64,000 nucleotides of DNA. Origin: a virus. Positions 27,335 through 36,147 of the stretch are shown here, piece by piece (within the stretch, counting starts at the first letter, position 1; every line of letters starts with the position of its first letter). A model generated the notes under the pieces. That model did not search any database, was not told where the DNA came from, and saw only the letters and a program-made list of their open reading frames with translations. The DNA is taken from positions 28,997 to 92,996 of the IMG/VR virus record IMGVR_UViG_3300045988_112558, one strand, 5' to 3'. The position numbers and the translations under genes are program-made.

Positions 27335-29593
27335 ATGGGTGTCAAATGTCAGATAGAAAAAAAGGAAAATGAAATAAAACGGGTTAAGGCTCCTAACGGG
27401 GAGCCTTCCGTTCTTTACGAAAGTGCTTTAAAAGTATTAGGAAACAGCGAGCGGGCTCTTCAGGTATGGGCTAAGGCTTACACTCCTGGTTTTTCGTCGT
27501 ATTACGGTCATTGGAATAACCCGGCTCCAGGGGAGATGTTTAACACCGATCCCAATGGCGAACCTCTTTTAGAAGATGTGCTGTCGTATATGAAGCGTCA
27601 GACTTATTTTGCTGATCCTTTAACGGCTCAGGATGTTAAGGATGTAAGGGATTTCCTTTTGTCTACTCATTATTTTTTCAATGCGTCTTCATTGTCTAAT
27701 GCTATTCTCTTCGATTTTTATGTAGATGGCAGTTTGATACTGAATGAGCAGAAATTAAGGAGATCCGGTTTGTATGATGAAACAGAAATAAGTCGTATTT
27801 TATCCGATCCTTCTGTTTTAAACGAGGTTTCGACTTCCATGAGAAAGTTAATAGATTCTTCTATTAACGAACATGATAGGGAAAAAGATAATTATTTTAT
27901 GTCTATTGACTATCAGTATGGTCCTATTGTTTACAAGGAGGGAGTGTTTAACCAATTTGGTAAAAAAGTACCATATAATCCTTCTGAGCTTTATTATGCT
28001 ATGCGTAAAACAGTAGCCGGCATAAAAAACTTTTCTGAATTTTCATCTGCTTTTGAATCGTTGAGAAATTCATATCCTGAACTGGTTGAGAAATTCGTTT
28101 CTGATAAAGAATTTGCCGAATCTATGTTTGATGAGTTCTCATCTACGAATAAGATTCCGGTAATAAACATAGAAGGGGATGATGTGGTGGAAGGCAAGAG
28201 AAGATCTTTGTCTAAGCTACAAGATCTTTCTTATTACAATTCCGGCAAAATAGAGTTCCTAAGAGCTCGTATATCAGCTTATTTACATAGGGCTAATGCC
28301 GACACCGAATCCGATTTAAGAAGCATGATATGGGATATAGAAGAGGCTTGTACGTGGTTTGGCATAGATATAATAGGGACATCGGAAACTTATGATGGCA
28401 CAGAAGAATCTTTGAATAAGATAGATAATTTGATGCTGGATCTTGATATTTATGTGGCCAGGCATAATGATGTAAATTATGCTCCAACGCTGGCATCTTC
28501 TATAGATGATGTTCTTGGTGATAGTACAGACTATTATTTTGGATTATTGCCGGAGTATATGGATAATTTGAATATCGTTTATTCTGAATCCGATATAGAC
28601 CCAGTAGAGGCATTTGAGAAACATTCATTGCTTAAGGTAGGAGATAATCTATATCAAAGGATCAGCAAAGATGATCTTAACGAGATGTATCAAATATCAA
28701 CAGTATTAGCCAAGCACAACCTAACTCATTTTTCTACTAAAATATATCCTGAATCTTGTTTTAAGAACGGCGTTTTGGATAAAGAGAAAGTACGGAACGT
28801 AGATAATAATACGCTCATGGCTTCCATTAAAAAATACGTCAGATCGTTCATGGATTCTCAGAACACAGAGGACATGATAATGACCAGGATGGCGTTTGGG
28901 CACCCTGCGGTACTTGACGTTCCTTACGTGGATGTGGATCGGGAGTATAGTCGATACATGAACAAAAAACAAGATAGCGAAAACCCATTATCCTTATTCG
29001 ATTTATACCAATCTTACCTTGACAACAAACTCCATAAAACAAAATTATATGATAATGCCTATAAGTATCTTGACTTCAAACCTGGTCCATCTTTGGGTCT
29101 TATTTCTGATGATCCTGATATTTTGAAATCAATAGAATTATCTTTATCTGGAAAAGACAGGTTGATGTTGTTTGATTATAGCATGACCAGTACCGACCCT
29201 TCTTTATCAGAATTGTTTTATTTGGAGAGGTATGACCCTTCGTATGCTGGGAATGATTTTGAACACTATTTTTACACCAGGCACCCGTATTTGTTAAAAG
29301 AAAAATCGGGTTCTAATATCGTAGAGCAAGATGGTGTTATAACAGCAGAAGGTATTTATGATAATTTTATAAGAGTAGGTAATAAGATATGGTCTAAAGT
29401 AAGCGAGAGTAGTTCCGGCTCTATCTACCAAAATCTGACAGGAACCGAATCGGAGGTGAAATACGATTCTACTCAGAAGGCTAAGACGGTAGAAACTGAT
29501 TACGCTCCATACCAAAACAGATCTGGCTTGACGCAAGACATGACCGTAAGCAAGTCTGAATTGGATGATCTTAACAAATTAGAATGCAGGTAA
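27335..29593 (+). CDS. Large hypothetical protein (about 752 aa), last gene of the plus-strand operon.
   Basis: The listed ORF begins at a TTG (27314). The first ATG is at 27335. Followed by a terminator at 29636. Confidence 0.55.
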   Translation: MGVKCQIEKKENEIKRVKAPNGEPSVLYESALKVLGNSERALQVWAKAYTPGFSSYYGHWNNPAPGEMFNTDPNGEPLLEDVLSYMKRQTYFADPLTAQDVKDVRDFLLSTHYFFNASSLSNAILFDFYVDGSLILNEQKLRRSGLYDETEISRILSDPSVLNEVSTSMRKLIDSSINEHDREKDNYFMSIDYQYGPIVYKEGVFNQFGKKVPYNPSELYYAMRKTVAGIKNFSEFSSAFESLRNSYPELVEKFVSDKEFAESMFDEFSSTNKIPVINIEGDDVVEGKRRSLSKLQDLSYYNSGKIEFLRARISAYLHRANADTESDLRSMIWDIEEACTWFGIDIIGTSETYDGTEESLNKIDNLMLDLDIYVARHNDVNYAPTLASSIDDVLGDSTDYYFGLLPEYMDNLNIVYSESDIDPVEAFEKHSLLKVGDNLYQRISKDDLNEMYQISTVLAKHNLTHFSTKIYPESCFKNGVLDKEKVRNVDNNTLMASIKKYVRSFMDSQNTEDMIMTRMAFGHPAVLDVPYVDVDREYSRYMNKKQDSENPLSLFDLYQSYLDNKLHKTKLYDNAYKYLDFKPGPSLGLISDDPDILKSIELSLSGKDRLMLFDYSMTSTDPSLSELFYLERYDPSYAGNDFEHYFYTRHPYLLKEKSGSNIVEQDGVITAEGIYDNFIRVGNKIWSKVSESSSGSIYQNLTGTESEVKYDSTQKAKTVETDYAPYQNRSGLTQDMTVSKSELDDLNKLECR

Positions 29594-29635
29594 TTTTTGT
29601 ACATATATATAGTTTTTTCATAGTTATAATTTGGG

Positions 29636-29664
29636 AAGTGAGGCTTGTGAAAGTCTCACTTTTC
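29636..29664 (+). terminator. Terminator hairpin (7-bp stem AAGTGAG/CTCACTT, 12-nt loop) with a downstream TTTC.
   Basis: Seen directly in the sequence, at the end of the large operon. Confidence 0.45.
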
Positions 29665-29815
29665 TCATATATGTACGTATATCAATAACATACAAGAAAA
29701 GTTAGATTTTCATTGTTTATGAATTATTTTTATTAAGTTTGCAATATTAGTTTCAGGAAGGGATTATGGAAATAAGGAAAAAGTAAGAACCGAACGTAAC
29801 TAATAACAGTAGGAA

Positions 29816-30013
29816 ATGAGAATCAGTACCATCAAACGTAACAACAGCATTCATCTTATGTATAAAAACATTATGAATGATTTAGGTCAATTAAGAACTG
29901 TAGTTTCAAAATCCTATATTTATAATCTGATACAAAATCAAACCGGATTAAGTATCAGAACTATATCCCATGTCTTGAATCACACAAAAGAACAGGATAC
30001 AGATTCTTTGTGA
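29816..30013 (+). CDS. Small HTH DNA-binding protein (65 aa), a candidate transcriptional regulator.
   Basis: QTGLSIRTISHVLNH resembles the LacI/Xre-type helix-turn-helix motif (S..TVSRVLN). The gene stands alone between terminators. A TAAGTTTG -7 box lies at 29744-29751. Confidence 0.45.
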   Translation: MRISTIKRNNSIHLMYKNIMNDLGQLRTVVSKSYIYNLIQNQTGLSIRTISHVLNHTKEQDTDSL

Positions 30014-30088
30014 AAAGCATACATTTTCATACATTTGTGTGTTCTTTAGTTTCTAGATTTAAGTTTTTCATGGTATTAGTTTAGAGAT

Positions 30089-30120
30089 CAGGGCTCGCAG
30101 TGATGCGGGCCCTGGTTTGA
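30089..30120 (+). terminator. GC-rich hairpin terminator (CAGGGC...GCCCTG with an internal CGCA-GTGA-TGCG helix) followed by GTTTGATTT.
   Basis: Seen directly in the sequence. The GTGA apical loop fits a GNRA tetraloop. Confidence 0.5.
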
Positions 30121-30337
30121 TTTACAGCGCTTTACCCAAAATGGGAAAAGCGTAAGTTATTGATTGTAAAGTTTTCCACTTAAATGGGGAAAATTGCTCA
30201 TTGTGTATTATTTTTCTATCTTTTCTGAAAATACTTCTCTTCTATAGGAAATAAACACACCTATATTCCACCTTACAATCATGATCTTTGTTACGTGCTT
30301 CATGCACGTATGTTTAACAATTAAATACTATAAAATT

Positions 30338-31345
30338 ATGGGTGGTGATAAAATCGTCCTTTTAGATGGAGCCGGGGCTAACGGTGGTGGTGCAGCCACT
30401 AACGGTCTTCTTTCAATGATTCCCGGCATGTTTGCTAATTTGATAGGTGGTAATAAAATGGATCCGAATCTGGTGGCGGCTTTGATGAACGGTCGTAACA
30501 ACCAGGACGGTTTCGGTGGGGCTAACGGTTGGTGGCTCTGGATAATTGTTTTGTTCTGGCTGTGGGGTGGACGCGGCTTCGGTAACGGTTTTGGAAATGG
30601 CGGTGATTGTTGTGCCAATGGTTTGCCGGCTCAGTTGAATAACGATTACGGTCGTGAACTTTTGATGCAGGCAATTCAAGGTAATCGTAGCGCCATAGAT
30701 CAGATTGCTTCTGCTTTGAACTGTTCTACTACTCAACTTCAGAACGCTATCTGCAACGTACAGGGTGCTATTGATAAAGTAGCTGGTCAGGTAGGTATGA
30801 CTTCTCAGGCTGTTATCAACGCAGTTCAACAACAAGGTTGTGAAATAGGAAATCAAATCAGCTCTTGCTGCTGCAATCTGAGTTCGTTGATCAATCAAAG
30901 CACTTGCCAGACTCAGGGAATGATTACTCAGCAAGGTTTTGATAACCAGCTTCGCACGTTGGAACAAACCAATGTCTTGCAGAACGGTCTCAACCAAGGT
31001 CTGGCTAACAATCGTGAGCAAGCTACAAGCCAATTCAATATCTTGTCTGCGAAACTTGACGCCCAAACCGTTATGATCAACGACAAATTCTGTCAGTTGG
31101 AAATGAGGGAAATGCAGAACACTATTGCTCAACTTCGTGAAGAAAAAGCGGCTTTGACAGCTTCGGCATTATCTCAGCAACAAACCCAGAATATCGTTGG
31201 TCAATTACGCCCGACGGCCGTCCCGGCCTACCCCTCTTGTTCTCCTTACCAGGCTTATACTTGGGGACAGGTATTCGGAGGAGGTTGCTGTAATAACGGA
31301 TGCGGATGTAACAACGGATGTTGCAATAACAACGCTGCTGTCTGA
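30338..31345 (+). CDS. Low-complexity Gly/Asn/Gln/Cys-rich protein with one hydrophobic helix (WWLWIIVLFWLWGG) and a C-terminal tail GGGCCNNGCGCNNGCCNNNAAV.
   Basis: The ATG at 30338 (MGGDKIV) is preferred over the listed 30281. There are recurrent CC dipeptides. Plus-strand orientation is supported by the flanking plus-strand terminators. Confidence 0.55.
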   Translation: MGGDKIVLLDGAGANGGGAATNGLLSMIPGMFANLIGGNKMDPNLVAALMNGRNNQDGFGGANGWWLWIIVLFWLWGGRGFGNGFGNGGDCCANGLPAQLNNDYGRELLMQAIQGNRSAIDQIASALNCSTTQLQNAICNVQGAIDKVAGQVGMTSQAVINAVQQQGCEIGNQISSCCCNLSSLINQSTCQTQGMITQQGFDNQLRTLEQTNVLQNGLNQGLANNREQATSQFNILSAKLDAQTVMINDKFCQLEMREMQNTIAQLREEKAALTASALSQQQTQNIVGQLRPTAVPAYPSCSPYQAYTWGQVFGGGCCNNGCGCNNGCCNNNAAV

Positions 31346-31368
31346 TTTTATTAAGAAAGGAGGCTAAT

Positions 31369-31782
31369 ATGGCTTGTGTTTCTAAAATAGGATCGTTGTA
31401 TGAGATGGTTACGAAGAATGTTATTGTCAGTACGACAAATACAGTCTTCGGTATTAACCCACGGGCTTGGATCGCCCTTCCGTGTGAGGGTCTTATCCTT
31501 CTTAAGATAAGGCAAGTAGTCCCCACAGCCGGAAGTGCTCTACCGGTACAGATTGCGGTCCCGGCAAACAGTACAGTTTCAACAGTAGGAGCCGACACCT
31601 GTTGCCCGGTTACGGGAGTGAATGTCGTGAACCCTATTAACGTAGCTGTCACGGGTGCTGCTATGGTAAATGGCACAGAACGCCTTCTGTACTTCAATAA
31701 AGTTCGTGGCGTGTTAAGATTAATGGATTGTTGTGTTCCGACAACAACAGCCCAGGCGTCTGAAGTTAAAGCAGGTAAATGA
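31369..31782 (+). CDS. Hypothetical protein (137 aa) with CC dipeptide motifs (TCCPV, DCCVP).
   Basis: ATG preceded by AAGGAGG. The stop lies just before a strong terminator. Confidence 0.55.
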   Translation: MACVSKIGSLYEMVTKNVIVSTTNTVFGINPRAWIALPCEGLILLKIRQVVPTAGSALPVQIAVPANSTVSTVGADTCCPVTGVNVVNPINVAVTGAAMVNGTERLLYFNKVRGVLRLMDCCVPTTTAQASEVKAGK

Positions 31783-31789
31783 TTTCAGT

Positions 31790-31818
31790 AGGGTGATGGA
31801 GACCATCACCCTATTTTC
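31790..31818 (+). terminator. Rho-independent terminator (10-bp stem AGGGTGATGG/CCATCACCCT, 3-nt loop, then ATTTTC).
   Basis: Seen directly in the sequence. Confidence 0.65.
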
Positions 31819-31838
31819 ACCTAACTAATATTTTGATC

Positions 31839-32327
31839 ATGTTTTCAGATTTGAAGAAAGGGTTTCAGGTACATACCCTTGATACTAATACAGTACCTAA
31901 ATACGAATTGGGAAAGGTAGTAGCCGTATCCGAACCCAGGTATCTTCCTCCTCAGCCAGGTCAGTATCAGGCGATGCAGACCCGCGTGGTGGATCTGACG
32001 GTAGAGCTCACTGGCGAAACCAAGACCTATACGGTCCCGGAATCCCAGAATGTGGCTAAGGCTATGGGCATAACATTATCTACCAGCATAGATCCGATTA
32101 TGAACGAGCTGAATGCCATAAAAAGCACCAGTCAGGAAATAATAGACAGCGTAGATGCCCATCGTGCCAAGATAGAGGCTTGTGAATCTATATTAGAAGA
32201 TATCAATCCGGCATTCAAGCAAACGAGAGAGCAGGATCGTAAAATAGCTGGTATAGAAAATAAGGTGAATGACCTTACTGATTCATTCGAAGATTTAAAG
32301 AAGTTAATTGTAGAACGTTTGAAATAA
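31839..32327 (+). CDS. Hypothetical protein (about 162 aa).
   Basis: The listed start is a TTG at 31833. The first ATG is at 31839. Confidence 0.5.
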   Translation: MFSDLKKGFQVHTLDTNTVPKYELGKVVAVSEPRYLPPQPGQYQAMQTRVVDLTVELTGETKTYTVPESQNVAKAMGITLSTSIDPIMNELNAIKSTSQEIIDSVDAHRAKIEACESILEDINPAFKQTREQDRKIAGIENKVNDLTDSFEDLKKLIVERLK

Positions 32328-32334
32328 GTATAAT

Positions 32335-32703
32335 ATGATAGTATATGATTTAAATTCAGGACACAGAGAATATCCTGGATATGACGAGATAGAAGACAGA
32401 CGAGGTGGAGGCAGAGGCAGAAGCCGGCGTTCTGATGGGACGTACATGGGGTATGGTGGTGGTATTTACGACCATTACGGTATGCATGAGAAGATGAAAG
32501 AAATGGAAGAGCGCGAAAACGAGCTGGAAGAAAGGGAAAGAAGGCTCGAAGAGCGCGAACGTCGTCATGAAATGGAGGACCGGGAATACCGGAGGATGGG
32601 TTACGAATCCTACCCGACCGATTACTATGGAGACGACAGATACTACGGTGACGGACCTCAGATGCGTAGAGGTCGCGGACGTGGCAGAGGTCGTTCTTAT
32701 TGA
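32335..32703 (+). CDS. Low-complexity protein with RGG/RG-rich and Tyr-Gly-rich termini flanking a Glu/Arg-rich coiled coil. Candidate RNA-binding or condensate-forming protein.
   Basis: GGGRGRSRRS, then EERENELEERERRLEERERRHE, then YYGDDRYYGDG and RRGRGRGRGRSY. Confidence 0.55.
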   Translation: MIVYDLNSGHREYPGYDEIEDRRGGGRGRSRRSDGTYMGYGGGIYDHYGMHEKMKEMEERENELEERERRLEERERRHEMEDREYRRMGYESYPTDYYGDDRYYGDGPQMRRGRGRGRGRSY

Positions 32704-32796
32704 GGAGCAGACGCAGAGGATCCAGCTTATCAGAAATATGTAGATACTTACGGTTACCATTTTTCTAATGCTCTCGCTGATGAGGCGGTAAAGAAG

Positions 32797-33090
32797 ATGG
32801 TCAACGTCGATGGATCCAAGAGGATCTGGAAGCAGCCGGAAATAAAAGATATTTTTGAAAAGTGCGGAGCGAAGAAGCCGGATAAAGCGACATGGGGCGA
32901 TGTCCAATATGTCTTTGCAATGTACTATTCGGATGGTTTTCCGAAGGTCTTCAAATGTGAGAACGAGTTGGTGAAAGCTACGTTAATGTATTTGGATGAT
33001 CCGGATGCTCCCGAAGGAGTAGCCTTTATAAGATGGCTTGCCGTGCAAGATTACCTCGGCGAAAAAATAAACTGGAAGGATCTGACCTGA
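32797..33090 (+). CDS. Hypothetical protein (97 aa).
   Basis: ORF followed by a GC-rich hairpin terminator. Confidence 0.45.
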   Translation: MVNVDGSKRIWKQPEIKDIFEKCGAKKPDKATWGDVQYVFAMYYSDGFPKVFKCENELVKATLMYLDDPDAPEGVAFIRWLAVQDYLGEKINWKDLT

Positions 33091-33193
33091 GATCCAGATC
33101 CAGGTCCTTCCGGTGGTGCGGGAGCCATAGTAAAAAATATGATTCCCGCATTCCCGTTTTTCCCGTTTGAAAAAAAAGGAATAAAAATATTAT

Positions 33194-33234
33194 ACCGGTC
33201 GGCGGGCAATAGAATACCCGTGGCCGGTTTGTTT
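33194..33234 (+). terminator. GC-rich bulged hairpin ACCGGTCGGCGGG...CCCGTGGCCGGT followed by TTGTTT.
   Basis: Seen directly in the sequence. Confidence 0.45.
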
Positions 33235-33248
33235 CACATAACTTTTTT

Positions 33249-33431
33249 TTGGATATGAATATAGCACACGAATCTAAATCGAATAAAACCCCATTGTATT
33301 TAATAGGAGAGTTGATTGGCGTACCGAATACGGTTATGGACTCAGCATTGCATGAACTGAAAGATAGAATAGACAAAGACCCTAAATATAAAGATGTTAA
33401 AAATTGGCTCGAATCTTTACCCAAGATCTGA
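33249..33431 (+). CDS. Small hypothetical protein (60 aa).
   Basis: ORF flanked by two terminators. Confidence 0.4.
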   Translation: MDMNIAHESKSNKTPLYLIGELIGVPNTVMDSALHELKDRIDKDPKYKDVKNWLESLPKI

Positions 33432-33456
33432 ACCTATTTTTTTTTTCAATACCAGG

Positions 33457-33490
33457 CCCGATGCGATTTTAACGTATCGGGTTTTTATTT
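33457..33490 (+). terminator. Terminator (6-bp stem CCCGAT/ATCGGG, 13-nt loop, T5 tract).
   Basis: Seen directly in the sequence. Confidence 0.5.
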
Positions 33491-33561
33491 TAATTCATAT
33501 TGTTTTATTTTAAATCTAATTAATTCATGAATGTCATACTTTTGTTGAAAAAGTATTTTTT

Positions 33562-33789
33562 ATGGAAAATAAGGAAGATTGCGTTGGTTACGAAGATCAA
33601 GAACTGTGTAACCGGTATTACAAAGAGGCTGAAGTCATGAGGCAAAAGCAGGACTGGTCTCGGCTTAGGGCTGTCCCTGCTCCGGCTAAGGGAACGCCAT
33701 CGCCCGGCTGGGGTCAGCTTGGACGTGGAAATGATGTCCGTGTCAAGTATGTTAGCATCAATTCAGGATTAGGAGGGGACAGATTATGA
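33562..33789 (+). CDS. Small hypothetical protein (75 aa).
   Basis: ORF. Its ATGA overlap with the next gene indicates coupling. Confidence 0.45.
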   Translation: MENKEDCVGYEDQELCNRYYKEAEVMRQKQDWSRLRAVPAPAKGTPSPGWGQLGRGNDVRVKYVSINSGLGGDRL

Positions 33790-34001
33790 CCGTAGAAGAA
33801 TTGGCTAATAAAAGATACGGTGGCGAATTTGTTTTCATGTTTGGTCATCTTGAAGGTAGAACAAGATTCGTTTTTGAATGCTTTGATCCCAGACCTGATC
33901 ACGAAGGTAAAAATACTTATATGGTTTCCTATTTTGATAAGGGACTTCGTAGAAGAGATGTGGTAGATGTGCCATGTTATATGAATGTTTTAGCAAAATA
34001 A
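33786..34001 (+). CDS. Small hypothetical protein (71 aa).
   Basis: ATGA start/stop overlap with the upstream ORF. Confidence 0.45.
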   Translation: MTVEELANKRYGGEFVFMFGHLEGRTRFVFECFDPRPDHEGKNTYMVSYFDKGLRRRDVVDVPCYMNVLAK

Positions 34002-34021
34002 ATTAAAATATTGTAAATATC

Positions 34022-34657
34022 GTGGTTAGAATCGCATATTTAGGAACCGATGGCTGTCCTGGTCATCACGTTATTCCAATACGAGGTAAATTTACGGAAG
34101 AGGATATTAAGGTAATAGAATCTATAGATTGTGATGATTTCTATAAGGTGTTTGATGTCATGCGTTTTAAGATAGCTGAGTTTAAAGGATGGACGATATT
34201 GGGAATCCCGGCAAGCTTAGACGATCATAGACCTGGAAGCAAAACCGTTATCTTCATAGAGGGTAAAGCTAACGAAGCTGATTTTATAGAAGTCATACAA
34301 GAGTATTATTTTCTTAAAAATAAGGTAAAGAAACTTGCCGAATTGTATCATGATGGAGAATGGCTTGCGACTGGTAAATTGAATCAAGATCAGCCTACTA
34401 ACAAGGAGCGGTTTCAATTTACGTTAGACAAGGATGATATTATTAATATGATTAGGGGAGTCGATTTAGATCCTTATTCTGATGTAGCGAATGAAATAGA
34501 GAAAATCGGATTGGGATCATCATCTGATTCTTCATATGAGGGTCCCACATGGTCTTGGTTTATTAACAAAGTAGAACTTTGGCAGAAGAATAATGTATGG
34601 GATGGTTTTTCTGCTGAGTTCTTATGGGGTTTGTATTGTAGGATAAAGAAAGTATAG
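34022..34657 (+). CDS. Hypothetical protein (211 aa).
   Basis: ORF in a same-strand gene series. Confidence 0.5.
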   Translation: MVRIAYLGTDGCPGHHVIPIRGKFTEEDIKVIESIDCDDFYKVFDVMRFKIAEFKGWTILGIPASLDDHRPGSKTVIFIEGKANEADFIEVIQEYYFLKNKVKKLAELYHDGEWLATGKLNQDQPTNKERFQFTLDKDDIINMIRGVDLDPYSDVANEIEKIGLGSSSDSSYEGPTWSWFINKVELWQKNNVWDGFSAEFLWGLYCRIKKV

Positions 34658-34680
34658 TAACAATTAATTAAAAACAAATC

Positions 34681-34899
34681 ATGGAATTAAAAGATTTTAA
34701 AGATGTGGTTAGAGTAATGACAAAAGAAGAGTTCGAATCAACAATCGAAGAAGATATTAAATTCGTTGAGGGATTCAAGAATTTCTTAAAACATGATGAT
34801 GCCACGAGAATAGTAGAGCATATCAAGTCTGTGTTAGAAGCATCAGTAGATTACTACTATCCTAATCATCCTGAAGTAGAATTTGAAAAAAGATTTTAA
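34681..34899 (+). CDS. Small acidic hypothetical protein (72 aa).
   Basis: ORF. Confidence 0.45.
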   Translation: MELKDFKDVVRVMTKEEFESTIEEDIKFVEGFKNFLKHDDATRIVEHIKSVLEASVDYYYPNHPEVEFEKRF

Positions 34900-35545
34900 T
34901 ATACAATACGATGTCAATAATATCTTGAACAAATACGGCCACACCGAAATGGGTATGTATAAAATACAGCTCTATATAGAGAATATTTTGGGTAGTATTC
35001 AAAACAAGAAGCCTGTAGACGTGGGAGAAGTCTCTGACGGATACCACACTTTCAATGAATTGTATCGGTATCGCATGTTGTATAACGCTGCCTTCTTTAA
35101 TCTATTAGCCAGAAACGGACAGGTTGAAGTTTGCAAATCAAGGAGACACAGCGATGGAGAAAAATGCTTCGGTTCTGATGATTGGTTTATTGTGATGGCG
35201 ATCCTACCTACCGGTCAGGTATCTAATCACTATGAAAGCAAATACTGGGATTTGTTTGATGTTCCTGAAAGAGAAACCGCTTTCGAATACGATGGCCATA
35301 CACCAAATGAAGCCGCCGACAGACTTAAAAAGTATCTCAAACTGCCTCGTCGTGGCATGACATTCGAACAGGCTTTAGAACGGCTTAAATTAGGTCGTAA
35401 GATAAAAAGAATCGATTGGGGTAAAAAGTATATCTGTATGTTTGACGTAAATATATTGATGGTAGATACAGGTCAAAAAGTAGCATCAAATTGGAATCCA
35501 ACCGAACATGATATTATGTCTAATGACTGGGAGATTGCGGGATGA
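34883..35545 (+). CDS. Two-part protein whose C-terminal 63 aa (nt 35357-35545) is a DUF2829 (Tad2-like) module. Candidate immune-signal sponge (anti-Thoeris type) fused to an unknown N-terminal domain.
   Basis: MTFEQALERLKLGRKIKRIDWGKKY...SNDWEIAG matches the DUF2829/Tad2 pattern M-x-F-x-EAL-x-x-LK-x-G-K/R-K-h-x-R-x-x-W ... DWEI(V). An internal ATG at 35357 could alternatively start a stand-alone module. Confidence 0.6.
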   Translation: MKKDFNIQYDVNNILNKYGHTEMGMYKIQLYIENILGSIQNKKPVDVGEVSDGYHTFNELYRYRMLYNAAFFNLLARNGQVEVCKSRRHSDGEKCFGSDDWFIVMAILPTGQVSNHYESKYWDLFDVPERETAFEYDGHTPNEAADRLKKYLKLPRRGMTFEQALERLKLGRKIKRIDWGKKYICMFDVNILMVDTGQKVASNWNPTEHDIMSNDWEIAG

Positions 35546-35751
35546 GTTTGTTTGTATGTTCAAAATGTGGCTGTATAGATAATACAGCCACATCATATTA
35601 CTGGGCTCTTATAAGACCTTGTAAGAATCGTATTTACGATAAGTCGCTAAAGGGATATGAAGGCAAGCCTCTTTGTTCTGAATGTGCCGCTATTGAATAT
35701 AGTAAGGGGGGGGGGAGAAGTGGTGGTAGTTCCTGGAACGTGGCATGGTAA
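35542..35751 (+). CDS. Small zinc-ribbon protein (69 aa) with an internal G9 homopolymer tract.
   Basis: CSKCGC...CSEC. Nine consecutive G at 35706-35714 encode KGGG. ATGA overlap with the upstream gene. Confidence 0.45.
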   Translation: MSLFVCSKCGCIDNTATSYYWALIRPCKNRIYDKSLKGYEGKPLCSECAAIEYSKGGGRSGGSSWNVAW

Positions 35752-35824
35752 GTTCAAGAAAGAATGGCCTACTGAAGAAGAAAAGAAGCATATTGGTAAA
35801 AACGGTATTTTAAATATGTAAATT

Positions 35825-36130
35825 ATGTGTGATAAGGAAATTGTTGTATGCGCAGCTATATGGGTTCAAGATCACAAGAACAAGCCTCACGGTCCAGTAA
35901 ATATACCATCCGGAACCGTATTTTGTGGATTGAGGCATTGTTCCATAATATCGCAACTTGCGGCATACGGTATAGCCCATAAAAACCGCAGTGTTCAAGG
36001 ATTTTTGACAAGCAAGAATCGGTTTTTAACAAGAGAGGAAGCGTCTGAACTTGTTAGAAACAATAATCAGGAGATGGTGGTAGATAGGAATGCCATTAGA
36101 GAACAGTTGTATTCAGAAGATTTGTATTAA
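35825..36130 (+). CDS. Hypothetical protein (101 aa).
   Basis: ORF. Confidence 0.45.
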   Translation: MCDKEIVVCAAIWVQDHKNKPHGPVNIPSGTVFCGLRHCSIISQLAAYGIAHKNRSVQGFLTSKNRFLTREEASELVRNNNQEMVVDRNAIREQLYSEDLY

Positions 36131-36147
36131 CTAAAAAATAAAACAAT

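Noticed and set aside
30413-31697. Long minus-strand ORFs (30413-31132, 31122-31697, also 30328-30618) opposite the Gly/Asn/Gln/Cys-rich genes.
   Set aside because: They lie antisense to compositionally biased plus-strand genes that are bracketed by plus-oriented terminators (30089-30120, 31790-31818). All neighbours are on the plus strand. They are most likely shadow ORFs created by low-complexity sequence.
32356-32907. 183-aa minus-strand ORF overlapping the RGG/Glu-Arg-rich gene.
   Set aside because: It is an antisense shadow of a purine-rich repetitive coding region. Its product is low-complexity (SATSATS, HLLMHT) and it has no start or terminator context.
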